Made by a program: the position numbers and the translations under genes. The notes beneath the pieces were generated by a model that saw only the letters and a list, made by a program, of their open reading frames with translations, did no database searches and had not been told where the DNA came from. Shown here in pieces: positions 10,393 to 20,091 of a stretch of 64,000 nt of DNA. Numbering within the stretch: the first letter of the stretch is position 1; each line of letters begins with the position of its first letter. Source of the stretch: Verrucomicrobiota bacterium (GTDB lineage Bacteria > Verrucomicrobiota > Verrucomicrobiia > Opitutales > Coraliomargaritaceae); contig JBCBZJ010000007.1 of the NCBI GenBank assembly GCA_039815375.1, positions 1 to 64,000 on the forward strand, given 5' to 3'.

Positions 10393-11835
10393 ATGAAACT
10401 GCTGAAATGCTTTACCATCTTGCTTCTCGGTCTACTGCAGGCCGATGCCAAGCCGAATGTCGTTTTGATTATGGCAGACGATTTTGGCGTTGGTAGTATT
10501 AATACTTACGGCGCACCGAAGGCATTGATACGCACTCCTGCTTTGAATCGGCTTGCTGAAGATGGCATGCGGTTCACCAATGCAAACACTCCAGGCTCGA
10601 TCTGTTCACCAACAAGATATGGCCTCGTAACAGGAGAATATGCCTGGCGCGGGCCACTTCCTTTTGGCGTGGTCAATACCGATGATCCGCTGGTTGTGGA
10701 GACGGATCGTATGACGATGCCAAAATATTTCCAGAAGCTTGGTTATCAAACTGCGCAGATTGGCAAGTGGCACTTGGGTTACACTGATCAGAAACCGGTC
10801 AACTATCTCTCAAAGCTTACACCTGGACCGAATGATGTCGGATTTGATTATCATTTCGGCTTGCCACAAAATCTGGATGACAAAATGCGAGTCTGGATTG
10901 AGAACGACGGCATCTACGGCCTCCGTTCAAAGAAAGTCAGCCCATACGCGAGAAGCTTTTATGGGGGCAAATACATGGGATTCGACGCACCGCAACGCGT
11001 CCGGGAAGAAGCCATGGAATACCTCACTGATAAAGCAATTGAATGGATCAAGTCGGCACATCGGGGAAATCCAGATCAGCCTTTTTTCATCTATTTTGCA
11101 CCACCTTCTGTCCACCATCCAATTGTTCCTTCGGAGACCATGCGAGGTGCCAGCCAGGCTGGTGCCTATGGCGACTTTATTCAGGACACAGACTTGTCTG
11201 TCGGACGGATCATGGAAGCTCTCGAGTATGAAGGCATCGCTGATGATACCATCGTAGTTTTTACCTCGGATAATGGTGCAGATATTCCGGCCAATGATGA
11301 AATGCGGCCTGAGAATCAGGCGATCAAGGCCGGCTTGAAAGCGAATGGCGTAAATCGTGGCGACAAACACACCATTTATGAAGGAGGCGCTCGCGTGCCG
11401 CTGATCTTCCGCTGGAAGGGTAGAATTGAGGAAGGTTTGACCAGCGACCGTATGGTGAACATCACTGACATTTATTCGACCTTGGTTGAAGCCGTAACCG
11501 GCGAAACGCCCTTAGCTGAAGACGCACCTGATAGCATCAGCTTCGCACCTACCTTGTTCGGTCAATCGCAAGAAGATCGTGTTGCTATGATTACAAGTAA
11601 CGCAGCTGGTATGCACGCTATTCGCCATGGCGACTGGAAGTATATTGATGCTAGATATCCGGACGGCACACCAGAGAACTTTATCAAAACAACTAAAGAG
11701 CAGGCTGAAAAAGCCTTGTTCAATCTTAAGGAAGATCCTTCCGAGAAAAATAACCTGATTGCGGATTATCCGGAAGTAATCGAGCGCATGCAGCAAATGC
11801 TGGACACACTTCGCGCAAATCCTAGTCGAAATTAA
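10393..11835 (+). CDS. Formylglycine-dependent sulfatase (S1), secreted
   Basis: Signal peptide, PNVVLIMADD, CSPTR (CxPxR), GKWHLG, FTSDNG, YEGGARVP. Confidence 0.92.
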   Translation: MKLLKCFTILLLGLLQADAKPNVVLIMADDFGVGSINTYGAPKALIRTPALNRLAEDGMRFTNANTPGSICSPTRYGLVTGEYAWRGPLPFGVVNTDDPLVVETDRMTMPKYFQKLGYQTAQIGKWHLGYTDQKPVNYLSKLTPGPNDVGFDYHFGLPQNLDDKMRVWIENDGIYGLRSKKVSPYARSFYGGKYMGFDAPQRVREEAMEYLTDKAIEWIKSAHRGNPDQPFFIYFAPPSVHHPIVPSETMRGASQAGAYGDFIQDTDLSVGRIMEALEYEGIADDTIVVFTSDNGADIPANDEMRPENQAIKAGLKANGVNRGDKHTIYEGGARVPLIFRWKGRIEEGLTSDRMVNITDIYSTLVEAVTGETPLAEDAPDSISFAPTLFGQSQEDRVAMITSNAAGMHAIRHGDWKYIDARYPDGTPENFIKTTKEQAEKALFNLKEDPSEKNNLIADYPEVIERMQQMLDTLRANPSRN

Positions 11836-11876
11836 CTTTTATAAAACCCACTCAGACTACATTAAATTATACTGCT

Positions 11877-12515
11877 ATGTTATCGATACCACGAAACCTC
11901 TTCCTTCTTTTCCTTTTTCCATCGCTTCTCATCGCAGGTGAAACATGGCATACACTCTTTGATGGCTCGAGTCTTTCCGGTTGGAAATCAAACGACGAGA
12001 TACCGGCCGTGTTTTCCATTACTGAGGCAGGCGAGCTAAAAGTATCCGGCGGCCGTGCACATCTTTTCTGGATGGGGAATGATGCGGTGCCGGCTGATCT
12101 GAAAAACTTCGACATCAAGATGAAGGTTAAAACCACCGCAGGTTCGAACTCAGGCTTCTTTTTGCACACCAAATATCAGGAATCGGGTTGGCCGGATTAT
12201 GGAGTCGAAGCTCAGGTTAATACGACTCATAAAGATAAAAGGAAAACCGGAAGTATTTATGCGATTCAGGATATCCTCAACGATGCTCCTTCAACGGATG
12301 ATCAATGGTTCGAATACAGAATTCGTGTCGAGGGCAAACAGGTTACCGTTTATATCGATGGAAAAGTCGTAAATGAATACACGGAACCGACGCCTCCGGC
12401 CCCACCATCGAAACGTCCGAACGTGCGCCTGAGTGAGGGGACATTTGCCATCCAGGGGCATGATCCGAAAAGCACGGTTTTTTACAAAGACATCAAAGTT
12501 CGCCTGCTCGACTAG
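11877..12515 (+). CDS. Secreted single-domain DUF1080 protein
   Basis: LFDGSSLSGW, NSGFF, EAQVN, TGSIY, IQGHDP, FYKDIKV. Confidence 0.88.
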   Translation: MLSIPRNLFLLFLFPSLLIAGETWHTLFDGSSLSGWKSNDEIPAVFSITEAGELKVSGGRAHLFWMGNDAVPADLKNFDIKMKVKTTAGSNSGFFLHTKYQESGWPDYGVEAQVNTTHKDKRKTGSIYAIQDILNDAPSTDDQWFEYRIRVEGKQVTVYIDGKVVNEYTEPTPPAPPSKRPNVRLSEGTFAIQGHDPKSTVFYKDIKVRLLD

Positions 12516-12532
12516 AATCCCCTGGTCCCAAG

Positions 12533-13456
12533 CTATTTCCACTCCCAAGTATCTTCGGGAATAAGGGAGTTGCGCGCGTTCTCCGAACGAAGCCATGCGA
12601 CTGCATTCACGTCGTTTTTAAGGTAGGCTTCGAGGAAATTGGTTGTGATTTCGAGTATAGCGACATGGTAGCGGGGGTCATTTCTTCGATAGTCACCGAA
12701 GATGGAATGTTTGCCCTCATGGAAAACAATCTGGTATGCGTTGCCTGCAGGCAATGCCCCATAGACATTCTTACGTGACTCCGGAGTTACTTCTTTGCGC
12801 AATGGGCTGTTATCCTGAGTGCCTGTCATGGCCAGGACTGGTTCGTCAATATGCCCGAAGGCGATCGAATTACTCATGAGTTTACTCTGCGACGGACTCA
12901 TTAATATGAAGCAGTCAATTCGCGAATCGTGAAAACGACTTTCGCCCGGTTCAATGAAGCTTTGTCCCATTAGCGCTTGGGCAGTGACTGCACCAAAACT
13001 GTGACCTACCATTGCAATTCGCTCCATATCAAGCTTGTGATAAAAATCACTTTTCTTCGATGCGGTGACTTCCTCCAGATAGTCGATGACGATACTTACA
13101 TCATCTATTCGATGGTAAAAAGACTCTGCACTTGCCGCTTTTTTAAGGGCACTTCGAATTCGCCATTTCGGGACATCGTTCCAGACTGAAGCATCACTTC
13201 CCGGATGCTGTAGCATTACGACCGCATAGCCGACCGCTGCCCAATGCTCAGCTAAATATTGGGAACCCTCGCGGGAGCCTCCCAGGCCATGAGAGAAGAG
13301 AACAACTGGAGCGGAACCATCTTCATTTTCGGGAAGATAAATCTTAATCGGCACCTGATGGGATGAACCATCCAATTTCAAGTAGATGATTTCGCCAAAA
13401 GAAGAGGCACTGAAAAGTGCAAGGCTCGCCAGTAGAAAGCGTCGTATCAAGATCAT
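12533..13456 (-). CDS. Secreted alpha/beta hydrolase (dienelactone hydrolase/PAF-AH-like)
   Basis: FSHGLGGS, GHSFG nucleophile elbow, TGTQD, GKHSIF; signal peptide. Confidence 0.85.
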   Translation of the reverse strand: MILIRRFLLASLALFSASSFGEIIYLKLDGSSHQVPIKIYLPENEDGSAPVVLFSHGLGGSREGSQYLAEHWAAVGYAVVMLQHPGSDASVWNDVPKWRIRSALKKAASAESFYHRIDDVSIVIDYLEEVTASKKSDFYHKLDMERIAMVGHSFGAVTAQALMGQSFIEPGESRFHDSRIDCFILMSPSQSKLMSNSIAFGHIDEPVLAMTGTQDNSPLRKEVTPESRKNVYGALPAGNAYQIVFHEGKHSIFGDYRRNDPRYHVAILEITTNFLEAYLKNDVNAVAWLRSENARNSLIPEDTWEWK

Positions 13457-14131
13457 GATTTGTTAAACGAAGGGATCCTCGAATAGTTGCATATGAATTG
13501 ACTTGAAAACTCTTCAATATGGATACCTCAAGATTTTCTAATTCCACCTAATTCGCAGAGTTTCTCGCTATAGCTTTCAAATGTTTGAGCATCTGAATAA
13601 CTATCTAGAGTGATTTAGGCGAGTGCGCTGAGACATGGTAGTTTCAATATAATTGGAGTATAATTTTCTGCTGTGATCTAGAAAAGCTTCAGTTTCAAAA
13701 CGATCTCGTCGCGGAGTCTCTTGAATCGGAACAGATCGGTTTGAATAGTTCATCAAACATCGGCATCATTGGCCGGAGTAGGTGATACAGCAGTCGAAGA
13801 TATCCATATTGAATACAGCAATTTCTTGATTGGTGGCAGCACTGCTGGCATCGTTGCCGAAGAAAGAAATTACTTCTAGATCTACATTTTCAGTAGATGT
13901 CAGGCCCGATTATCTGTTTATTGACGATCGCCTGCAACGTGAGGAATAAACGTACAGGCCAGCGGCTTATCGTAGCTTTATCTGATTCCTTGAATCTGTT
14001 GTATTCTTGGGGGGCACTGCACTAGATCTTTTTGCCTTCTTTCACTCCTTCAGTTTGCAAAACGCTCGGTGCAAGCTATTATATTATAGTGCCAAAAAAT
14101 TAGACCGATCAGATCGGATGGCTCATCTATT

Positions 14132-14863
14132 ATGGACGTTTCTGAGGATTCTCTAGCGCAGGTTCAAAAACCGTCTGAGAAGGGTCTTTTTGCCGGAAAA
14201 CGTAGATACTGGTATATTGGAATTATCGTGTTCGCACTGTCTATACTGGTCATTCGCACGAGCATTGTCGACTGGAGCTGGATACCCTCCGGCTCGATGA
14301 GCCCCACGGTCATTCAGGGGGATATTGTTTTAAATAACAGGATGGCTTATGACATCAGAATACCTTTGACCTCATGGAGGATTCACCACGCCGACCCGAA
14401 ACGCGGTGACATTGCTATTTTTAGGTCTCCCGAAAACGGGATAGGCCTTCTCAAACGAGTCATTGGCATTCCCGGTGACACTATTTCGATGAAGGACGGT
14501 GCGCTTTTCATAAATGGAAAACCTATTGCCTACCAGCCGCTCACCAATGAACGCTTTCAGGATTTGCCCTCACATTTCCTAAACTATGCACATTTTCAGC
14601 AGGAATTGCTCGATGAGAATCCCCACGATATCATGTTTGTTTCCGGAGCACCTTCTGTTCTGAGAAATATTCCTGATATAATAGTGCCTGAGGGCAAATA
14701 CTTCATGTTAGGCGACAATCGGGATTTCAGTCGGGATTCGCGAATGTATGGCTTTGTTGATCGTGAGAGCTTTATCAGCCGAGCCACTTCTGTCCTTTTC
14801 TCTTTCCGCAAGGAGGCGAGCTATGAACCAAGGGTAGACCGGTTTTTTCATGCGCTTCGTTGA
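14132..14863 (+). CDS. lepB: Signal peptidase I
   Basis: One TM helix, IPSGSMSPT (catalytic Ser), LLKRVIGIPGD (catalytic Lys), GDNRDFSRDSR. May be a paralogue. Confidence 0.88.
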   Translation: MDVSEDSLAQVQKPSEKGLFAGKRRYWYIGIIVFALSILVIRTSIVDWSWIPSGSMSPTVIQGDIVLNNRMAYDIRIPLTSWRIHHADPKRGDIAIFRSPENGIGLLKRVIGIPGDTISMKDGALFINGKPIAYQPLTNERFQDLPSHFLNYAHFQQELLDENPHDIMFVSGAPSVLRNIPDIIVPEGKYFMLGDNRDFSRDSRMYGFVDRESFISRATSVLFSFRKEASYEPRVDRFFHALR

Positions 14864-14963
14864 AGTTGCAGTGAAAAGGACCATAAACCAGTTTTGTGCC
14901 TATTCTTGGCCGCTTTTAATCGATGGGAATTGCCTTTCGTATGAGTTATGTCATCTGAAAGGC

Positions 14964-15338
14964 ATGGATACATATGCTAAGGTTGGTGTTGCTACCGGAT
15001 TATTGCTCATACTTGTTGCCCTCGGTGGCTATCTTGGAAGTGGGATGGAGAGCTGGACGGCGCTCATCCCTTCATTTGTAGGAATCCCAATTTTCATCTC
15101 TTCCCTGATCGCACGGAATCCCGATCGTCTCAAACTCGGTATGCACATCGCAGCTACCTTTGGGCTGCTTGGTTTTTTTGCGCCTCTTGGTCGGATTATT
15201 CCAACCGCAATCAAAGGTGAGTTTGAATGGTCCATTGCGACTTCCGCAATGGCCGCTATGCTTGTAATTTGCGGCGTTTTCGTTGTTCTTTGCGTGAAGT
15301 CATTTATTGACGCGAGAAAGAAGCGATTGGCCGGTTAG
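14964..15338 (+). CDS. Small four-TM membrane protein
   Basis: MDTYAKVGVATG..., four hydrophobic segments, TALIP and MHIA motifs, basic tail SFIDARKKR. Start moved to ATG 14964. Confidence 0.75.
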   Translation: MDTYAKVGVATGLLLILVALGGYLGSGMESWTALIPSFVGIPIFISSLIARNPDRLKLGMHIAATFGLLGFFAPLGRIIPTAIKGEFEWSIATSAMAAMLVICGVFVVLCVKSFIDARKKRLAG

Positions 15339-15863
15339 CACCTTCCAATAGATCTGAAACAGACCGCCGTTTTTTGGGCAAAGATATCAGGAATCTGAAC
15401 TTCACTGCGATGCCCTCAATGTTCGTTTAAACACTAAAAGTGTTGAAGCGCTGTCTACATGGATCGACTCCGCGCAGACGTTTAGAGATCAAAAAAGGTT
15501 AAGCCATGCCTGAAAAATCAACGGCACTCTTATAAAGAAAAAGGACTTCCTTATAGAGCCTCTTCAAAGTGGATAGTTGAGACGCCTGAGGCAAGGAGCC
15601 TTACTCTATTGCTTAGCTGCATCCGAGTGAAGTTCCGCAATTGAGACAACAAGCACAGGCTCCTGTTACTTTGACCTTACCACTGCCGCATTCGGGGCAG
15701 GTTAGGTTTCCCTCTGATTGAGTTAATAGTTCCAGTTGTTGTGCATCCAGTTTTGGAGCCTTAAAGGATCACACCTGCCGAAGGTGCAGGCATAGAGCTT
15801 CGTTCGAAAGACTATAAAACAACACAGCGTGGCTCCAGTGGAACCAATTGCTGCTTCGAAAAG

Positions 15864-16289
15864 CTAGTTTGCTTTAACGAACGTGAATTCCAACTCCTCT
15901 GTGCCGTGTTTATTAAATGCGGCAGGCAATTTAAACGATTTCCAAATGCAGGTTGAATTATCGTCCAAGGAGACGGCGCTCTGCCCGACAAGTATGATCG
16001 GATAGCAATCTGGGTGGGACACGACGAGACCTACAGACGAATCTGAAGTGCTTGATGTTGCTCCTTTAGCTGCACCTCCCGATAACTTCTCAAGGTCGAC
16101 AAGTGTATACATTTGCTCATCTATCGGAGTTGCTCCGAGTACATAATCCGGTGATGCAGGAACTTGCTGGATGGCATCGACCATGATCACGGCACCGATA
16201 AACTCTTTCGGACATGCAAATACCTGCAAGCCTGCGCTAATTCCAAGTTCCAGTTTTGGTGGAGCATTTGTTGAGACTAATTGTTGCAT
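15864..16289 (-). CDS. Divergent CheW-like protein
   Basis: Last gene of the chemosensory operon; VPASPDYVLG...LVDLEKL resembles the CheW VP..P..V.G...(V/L)DL pattern. Confidence 0.55.
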   Translation of the reverse strand: MQQLVSTNAPPKLELGISAGLQVFACPKEFIGAVIMVDAIQQVPASPDYVLGATPIDEQMYTLVDLEKLSGGAAKGATSSTSDSSVGLVVSHPDCYPIILVGQSAVSLDDNSTCIWKSFKLPAAFNKHGTEELEFTFVKAN

Positions 16290-17065
16290 GCGTGTGGAGA
16301 ATTGCGAAGTTCGCCGAGGATTTTATCAAAAGAAACTGAAATGTTCGGCTCGGCATCAGCTTCTGCAGACTCCCAGTGGTAGCCGTTCCAGTCTTGGCTA
16401 TTTCCTATGGCTTGTAGCGCTTCAATGCCGTACTCTGTACCATGGCTGGCGTAGGTTGGGTGTCCAAGGGTTAAACCGATACAAGCCTCTCCCATATGCC
16501 CGTTGAGCACAAATTGACCGGTCCGTTTTTGCGCATGTAAAATACTCAATCCGTAAGTGAGCCAGTTTCGTCCGTTCAGGGCCAGGGGTATCTCTTCGAT
16601 ATCTTTCTTGGCTTTGTTTGAGCCTCCTAAGTTAATCTGGTTCGCAGATTCTGGAAAGCGTCTTTCCAATTGGGAAACGTCGACCAGTTGATAGATCGTA
16701 TTGCCTTCCACAAAACTCTTACTGAAAAGTAGTGAGATATCGTTCTCATAGACAGGACTATCTTGAACTTGAATCTGATGCCTAAGCTGATCAATTGAGT
16801 CTGACTGCAATGCGAGAAGAGAATCGTTTTCCGGATTTCGCAGGATAATAATTGAAATCGTTTTCCCGACACTTGTTTCTCCAAGTAGTTCGACAACCTT
16901 CCACTCTTCGTCATTTAGCTGATAGAGCCCGATTGACATGCCCTTGCGGTTGAGTTGGCTACCGGTTTTTTGGCCTTTGGTGAGGCGTTCGACGAAGTTG
17001 GAATCAACCGCGAGATGGTAACCATTACACGTAAATGTAATAACGGACAGGGGGGAGGTCGTCAT
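16277..17065 (-). CDS. CheW-like domain fused to a DUF4388 (PatA_N-like) domain
   Basis: N-terminal ITFTCNGYHLAVDSNFVERL is CheW-like; C-terminal LSILHAQKRTGQFVL...GHPTYASHG..GIEAL is DUF4388-like. Confidence 0.6.
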   Translation of the reverse strand: MTTSPLSVITFTCNGYHLAVDSNFVERLTKGQKTGSQLNRKGMSIGLYQLNDEEWKVVELLGETSVGKTISIIILRNPENDSLLALQSDSIDQLRHQIQVQDSPVYENDISLLFSKSFVEGNTIYQLVDVSQLERRFPESANQINLGGSNKAKKDIEEIPLALNGRNWLTYGLSILHAQKRTGQFVLNGHMGEACIGLTLGHPTYASHGTEYGIEALQAIGNSQDWNGYHWESAEADAEPNISVSFDKILGELRNSPHACNN

Positions 17066-17085
17066 ACCAATGAATCTCTATTGCC

Positions 17086-19992
17086 TCAGACTGCCTGGAG
17101 CAGGTGATTTTCGATGGACTGTAGCAATTGTTCTCTGGAAAATGGCTTTCCGATGCACTCACGTGCGCCTAGAGCCATCGCTTTTTCCTGATGCTTCGCA
17201 GTGGTCCGCGACGTGATGATGAGAATAGGCGTCGAGCTCGTTGCAGAGTTTCGTTTCAGTTCTGCCATAAGGTCGAGTCCGTTGAGGCGTGGCATTTCGA
17301 GGTCACTCAGAATCAAATCGTATTGAGTCGTTTTGGTTTTGTTGAGTGCTTCCAAGCCATCATTGGCAGTTTCAACGAGATATCCACTTTTGGAGAGATA
17401 ATCTTCACAAACTTTACGGACACTTAGCGAGTCATCAACAACAAGAATTCGTGGTTCTTTTCTATCACCGATCTCATCGATCAATTCAAATGAGGTCGAC
17501 ATTTCCGACTTTGCCGAGTCATTGGACCCTTCGAGACGGCTGATATCAATAATCGGGACAACCTCGCCATCACCATAAATAGTTGCAGAGCTGAAATAGC
17601 GGTGGTTTTCGAAGAAGGGGCCGAGGCTTTTCACGACAACGTCATCCTGATAGAAGACGCGATCTACTTTGAGCGCGACACGGTTGTTAAGATAGCGGCA
17701 GAGAATGATCGATTCACGGCGCACGTCTTCTGTCGGTGAGACCTCGAAGAGTGTTCGAAGATCAATCACCGGGACCGAGCTCTCGCCTTCGATGAAGACG
17801 ATTTCTTTTCCTCCGGACTGTTCGAAGGTCAGGTCGCTTGAGAAGTAGACCTGTTCAACTGCTGCCATAAAGATCGCGTAAAGTTGATCGCCGACGTAGA
17901 AATACATACCCCGATCAATCGCGAGTGTCAGTGGCAGGTGCAGCGAGAAAGTGGTGCCAACGTCTTGCTCGGACTGCACCTCAATCGAACCGCCGAAGCC
18001 TTCGATCGTTGAACGAACCGCATCAAGGCCGATTCCGCGGCCCGCAACCTCGTTTGCGACTTCAGTAGTTGTAAAGCCAGGACGGAAGATGAGATCAACA
18101 AGCTGTGCATCATCTGCCGAGGCAGCGTCGAGTAGGGCGCTTTGCTCGGCGACTTGCCTTATCCGTGCGAAATCTAGCCCACATCCATTATCGCTGACAC
18201 TGATGAGGATTCGCCCGCCCTGTTGTCTCGCTTGGATCGAGATCTTGTTCTTCGATTCTGGCGCATCGGTAAATCCGTGAACAACAGAATTGCGGACGAT
18301 ATGTAACATCGGGTGGAAGAGGTCATCCAGAATGGACTTATCGAGGAGAAGGTCGTCACCGGTAGTGAGCAGTTCGACCTCGCGACCAGACTTAATAGCA
18401 GCGTCGCGGACAGAGCGTTCGATTCGTTTGTAGAGAACAACAATTGGCGCAAGTCGAGTGCTGGCGATTTCATCCTGAATCTGGCTGATATATCCACCGA
18501 GGTGTGTGGATTCGCGCTGAACTTCCCGTCCGCCACGGAGAATCTCGCGGATTGCAAGATCGGTATCATCGCCGATTTCCGTAATCTGGCGGCTCAGGAT
18601 GTTGAACTCGTCGTAACGGTCCATTTCAAGCGGGGCAAAGTCGCCTGACTGGTCAAGATTGCCAGACTCCTTCGAAGCGACTCGGCGGCGACCGTTCTTT
18701 GTGTATTCGAAACGTTCTGCAAATGTATTAAGTGTATCACGCATACGGATACGTGATTTCGTTAGCTCGTAACAAAGATCGATCAGTTCATCCATCTTGT
18801 TACCCAGACGGGTCCTGCTAATGATCAGTTCACCGACTGTATTGAGAAGTCCGTCAACCTTCTCAGCTTCGATACGAAAGGTGTTGGCTGTTGCGTTGTG
18901 GGCGATGTCCGTATCATTCAGATCGATCGCAGCTGATTCATGGTTTTCAGTTTGCTTTGGTTCGGAGAGTCGGGTTTCGCTGACAGCATTACTTGCTTCT
19001 GTGCTTCCCAGTGAGGGTAGAAGATTAAGATGAGCTTCAAGTTGCTCGGCGAGTCCGTATACGGATTCACCTTTCTGAGTTTCCTGAAGGATGGTGCGAA
19101 TCAGATCGGTAGTTTTGAGAATGATCGAGTAGTCACTGGAGTGAAGATGCAGCGACTCTGCTTCTATATGCTCAAAGAGCGCCTCTGTTTCGTGCATGAG
19201 CGTTGCGATGCGAAACATGCCCATTGAGTTGGCTGCACCTTTTGTCGAGTGGGTCAGGCGCAGGACCTCGTTGCGGGCTGCGGTGTCTCCTTTTTCGAGA
19301 GCCAGAAGGGCTTGTTCGAAGGCTGTGAGATTTTCGTCAATCTCCTGATAGAAATACTGCAAGACGTCCCACTCAGCAGGTTCATCCCCGTCAGGGCCTA
19401 AGCTTGAGAGTTTATTGGAAACTTCTCCATCTTCGTTGTCATCGTCCTCTTGCTCTCCTTCTAGAAAAGCAGGTTGATCTGCTTCAACCATGGCAAGAAA
19501 ACTGTCGAGGTCTTCTGCTGGCTGAGTAGGGAGCTCTGGCTTGTCCTTCGGGGAAGAATCATTGTCGCTTTTGAAGTAATCTCCGTAGCTTTCACGAATC
19601 ACTTCAACGAGTTCGATGTATTCGAGTGAACTCTGCTCGACGTTCTTGAGCTCAACATCACGCTCGATTTGATCGAACAGTGCTTCAGCCTCTTTAAGAA
19701 AACCGATCAGGTTTTTGTAGTCCGAGCCTTTACTAACTGCAAAACCTTGCCCGACCTCGGCGACTCGGTGAAAGGTTTCTGCGAAGTCGAAGGCCAGTTT
19801 GAAATCGATGGCACCTGCAGCACCACGCAGCATATGCATTGCGCTGAGAGTTTCAGACATAACCGTAGCGCCGTCACTGTTTGTGCCAAGCGCGTCTGCG
19901 AGTTGTTTTCTCGCTATAGCCAGATCACCGAGGAATGACGCTTCGAAATCGTCGTCATGCAAGGGTTCCGGAAAGGCGTATATGTTTTCCAT
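17086..19992 (-). CDS. cheA: CheA/ChpA-type hybrid kinase (2 Hpt, dimerisation, HATPase, CheW, REC)
   Basis: Hpt motifs AMHMLRGAAG and LTHSTKGAAN; VDGLLNTVGELII; HIVRNSVVHG; DNGCG; PGFTT..VAGRGIGLD; LPLTLAI; C-terminal REC (VVDDS, SDLEMP, KPF). Start moved to ATG 19992. Confidence 0.92.
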   Translation of the reverse strand: MENIYAFPEPLHDDDFEASFLGDLAIARKQLADALGTNSDGATVMSETLSAMHMLRGAAGAIDFKLAFDFAETFHRVAEVGQGFAVSKGSDYKNLIGFLKEAEALFDQIERDVELKNVEQSSLEYIELVEVIRESYGDYFKSDNDSSPKDKPELPTQPAEDLDSFLAMVEADQPAFLEGEQEDDDNEDGEVSNKLSSLGPDGDEPAEWDVLQYFYQEIDENLTAFEQALLALEKGDTAARNEVLRLTHSTKGAANSMGMFRIATLMHETEALFEHIEAESLHLHSSDYSIILKTTDLIRTILQETQKGESVYGLAEQLEAHLNLLPSLGSTEASNAVSETRLSEPKQTENHESAAIDLNDTDIAHNATANTFRIEAEKVDGLLNTVGELIISRTRLGNKMDELIDLCYELTKSRIRMRDTLNTFAERFEYTKNGRRRVASKESGNLDQSGDFAPLEMDRYDEFNILSRQITEIGDDTDLAIREILRGGREVQRESTHLGGYISQIQDEIASTRLAPIVVLYKRIERSVRDAAIKSGREVELLTTGDDLLLDKSILDDLFHPMLHIVRNSVVHGFTDAPESKNKISIQARQQGGRILISVSDNGCGLDFARIRQVAEQSALLDAASADDAQLVDLIFRPGFTTTEVANEVAGRGIGLDAVRSTIEGFGGSIEVQSEQDVGTTFSLHLPLTLAIDRGMYFYVGDQLYAIFMAAVEQVYFSSDLTFEQSGGKEIVFIEGESSVPVIDLRTLFEVSPTEDVRRESIILCRYLNNRVALKVDRVFYQDDVVVKSLGPFFENHRYFSSATIYGDGEVVPIIDISRLEGSNDSAKSEMSTSFELIDEIGDRKEPRILVVDDSLSVRKVCEDYLSKSGYLVETANDGLEALNKTKTTQYDLILSDLEMPRLNGLDLMAELKRNSATSSTPILIITSRTTAKHQEKAMALGARECIGKPFSREQLLQSIENHLLQAV

Positions 19993-20091
19993 GGAAGAGC
20001 GATTTTGGATGTCGAAAGTTAGGAAAAATGCACCCATTAGCCGGCCCGCATATTGCACCGGCCAATGGATGCATGAGTAGGGTAGAAACGT

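Noticed and set aside
13457..14131. 675-bp gap with a short minus-strand open stretch (TSTENVDLEVISFFGNDASSAATNQEIAVFN)
   Set aside because: Could be a decayed gene, but I recognise no family and frames close quickly.
15339..15863. 525-bp gap between convergent genes
   Set aside because: No ORF, repeat or RNA motif that I can support.
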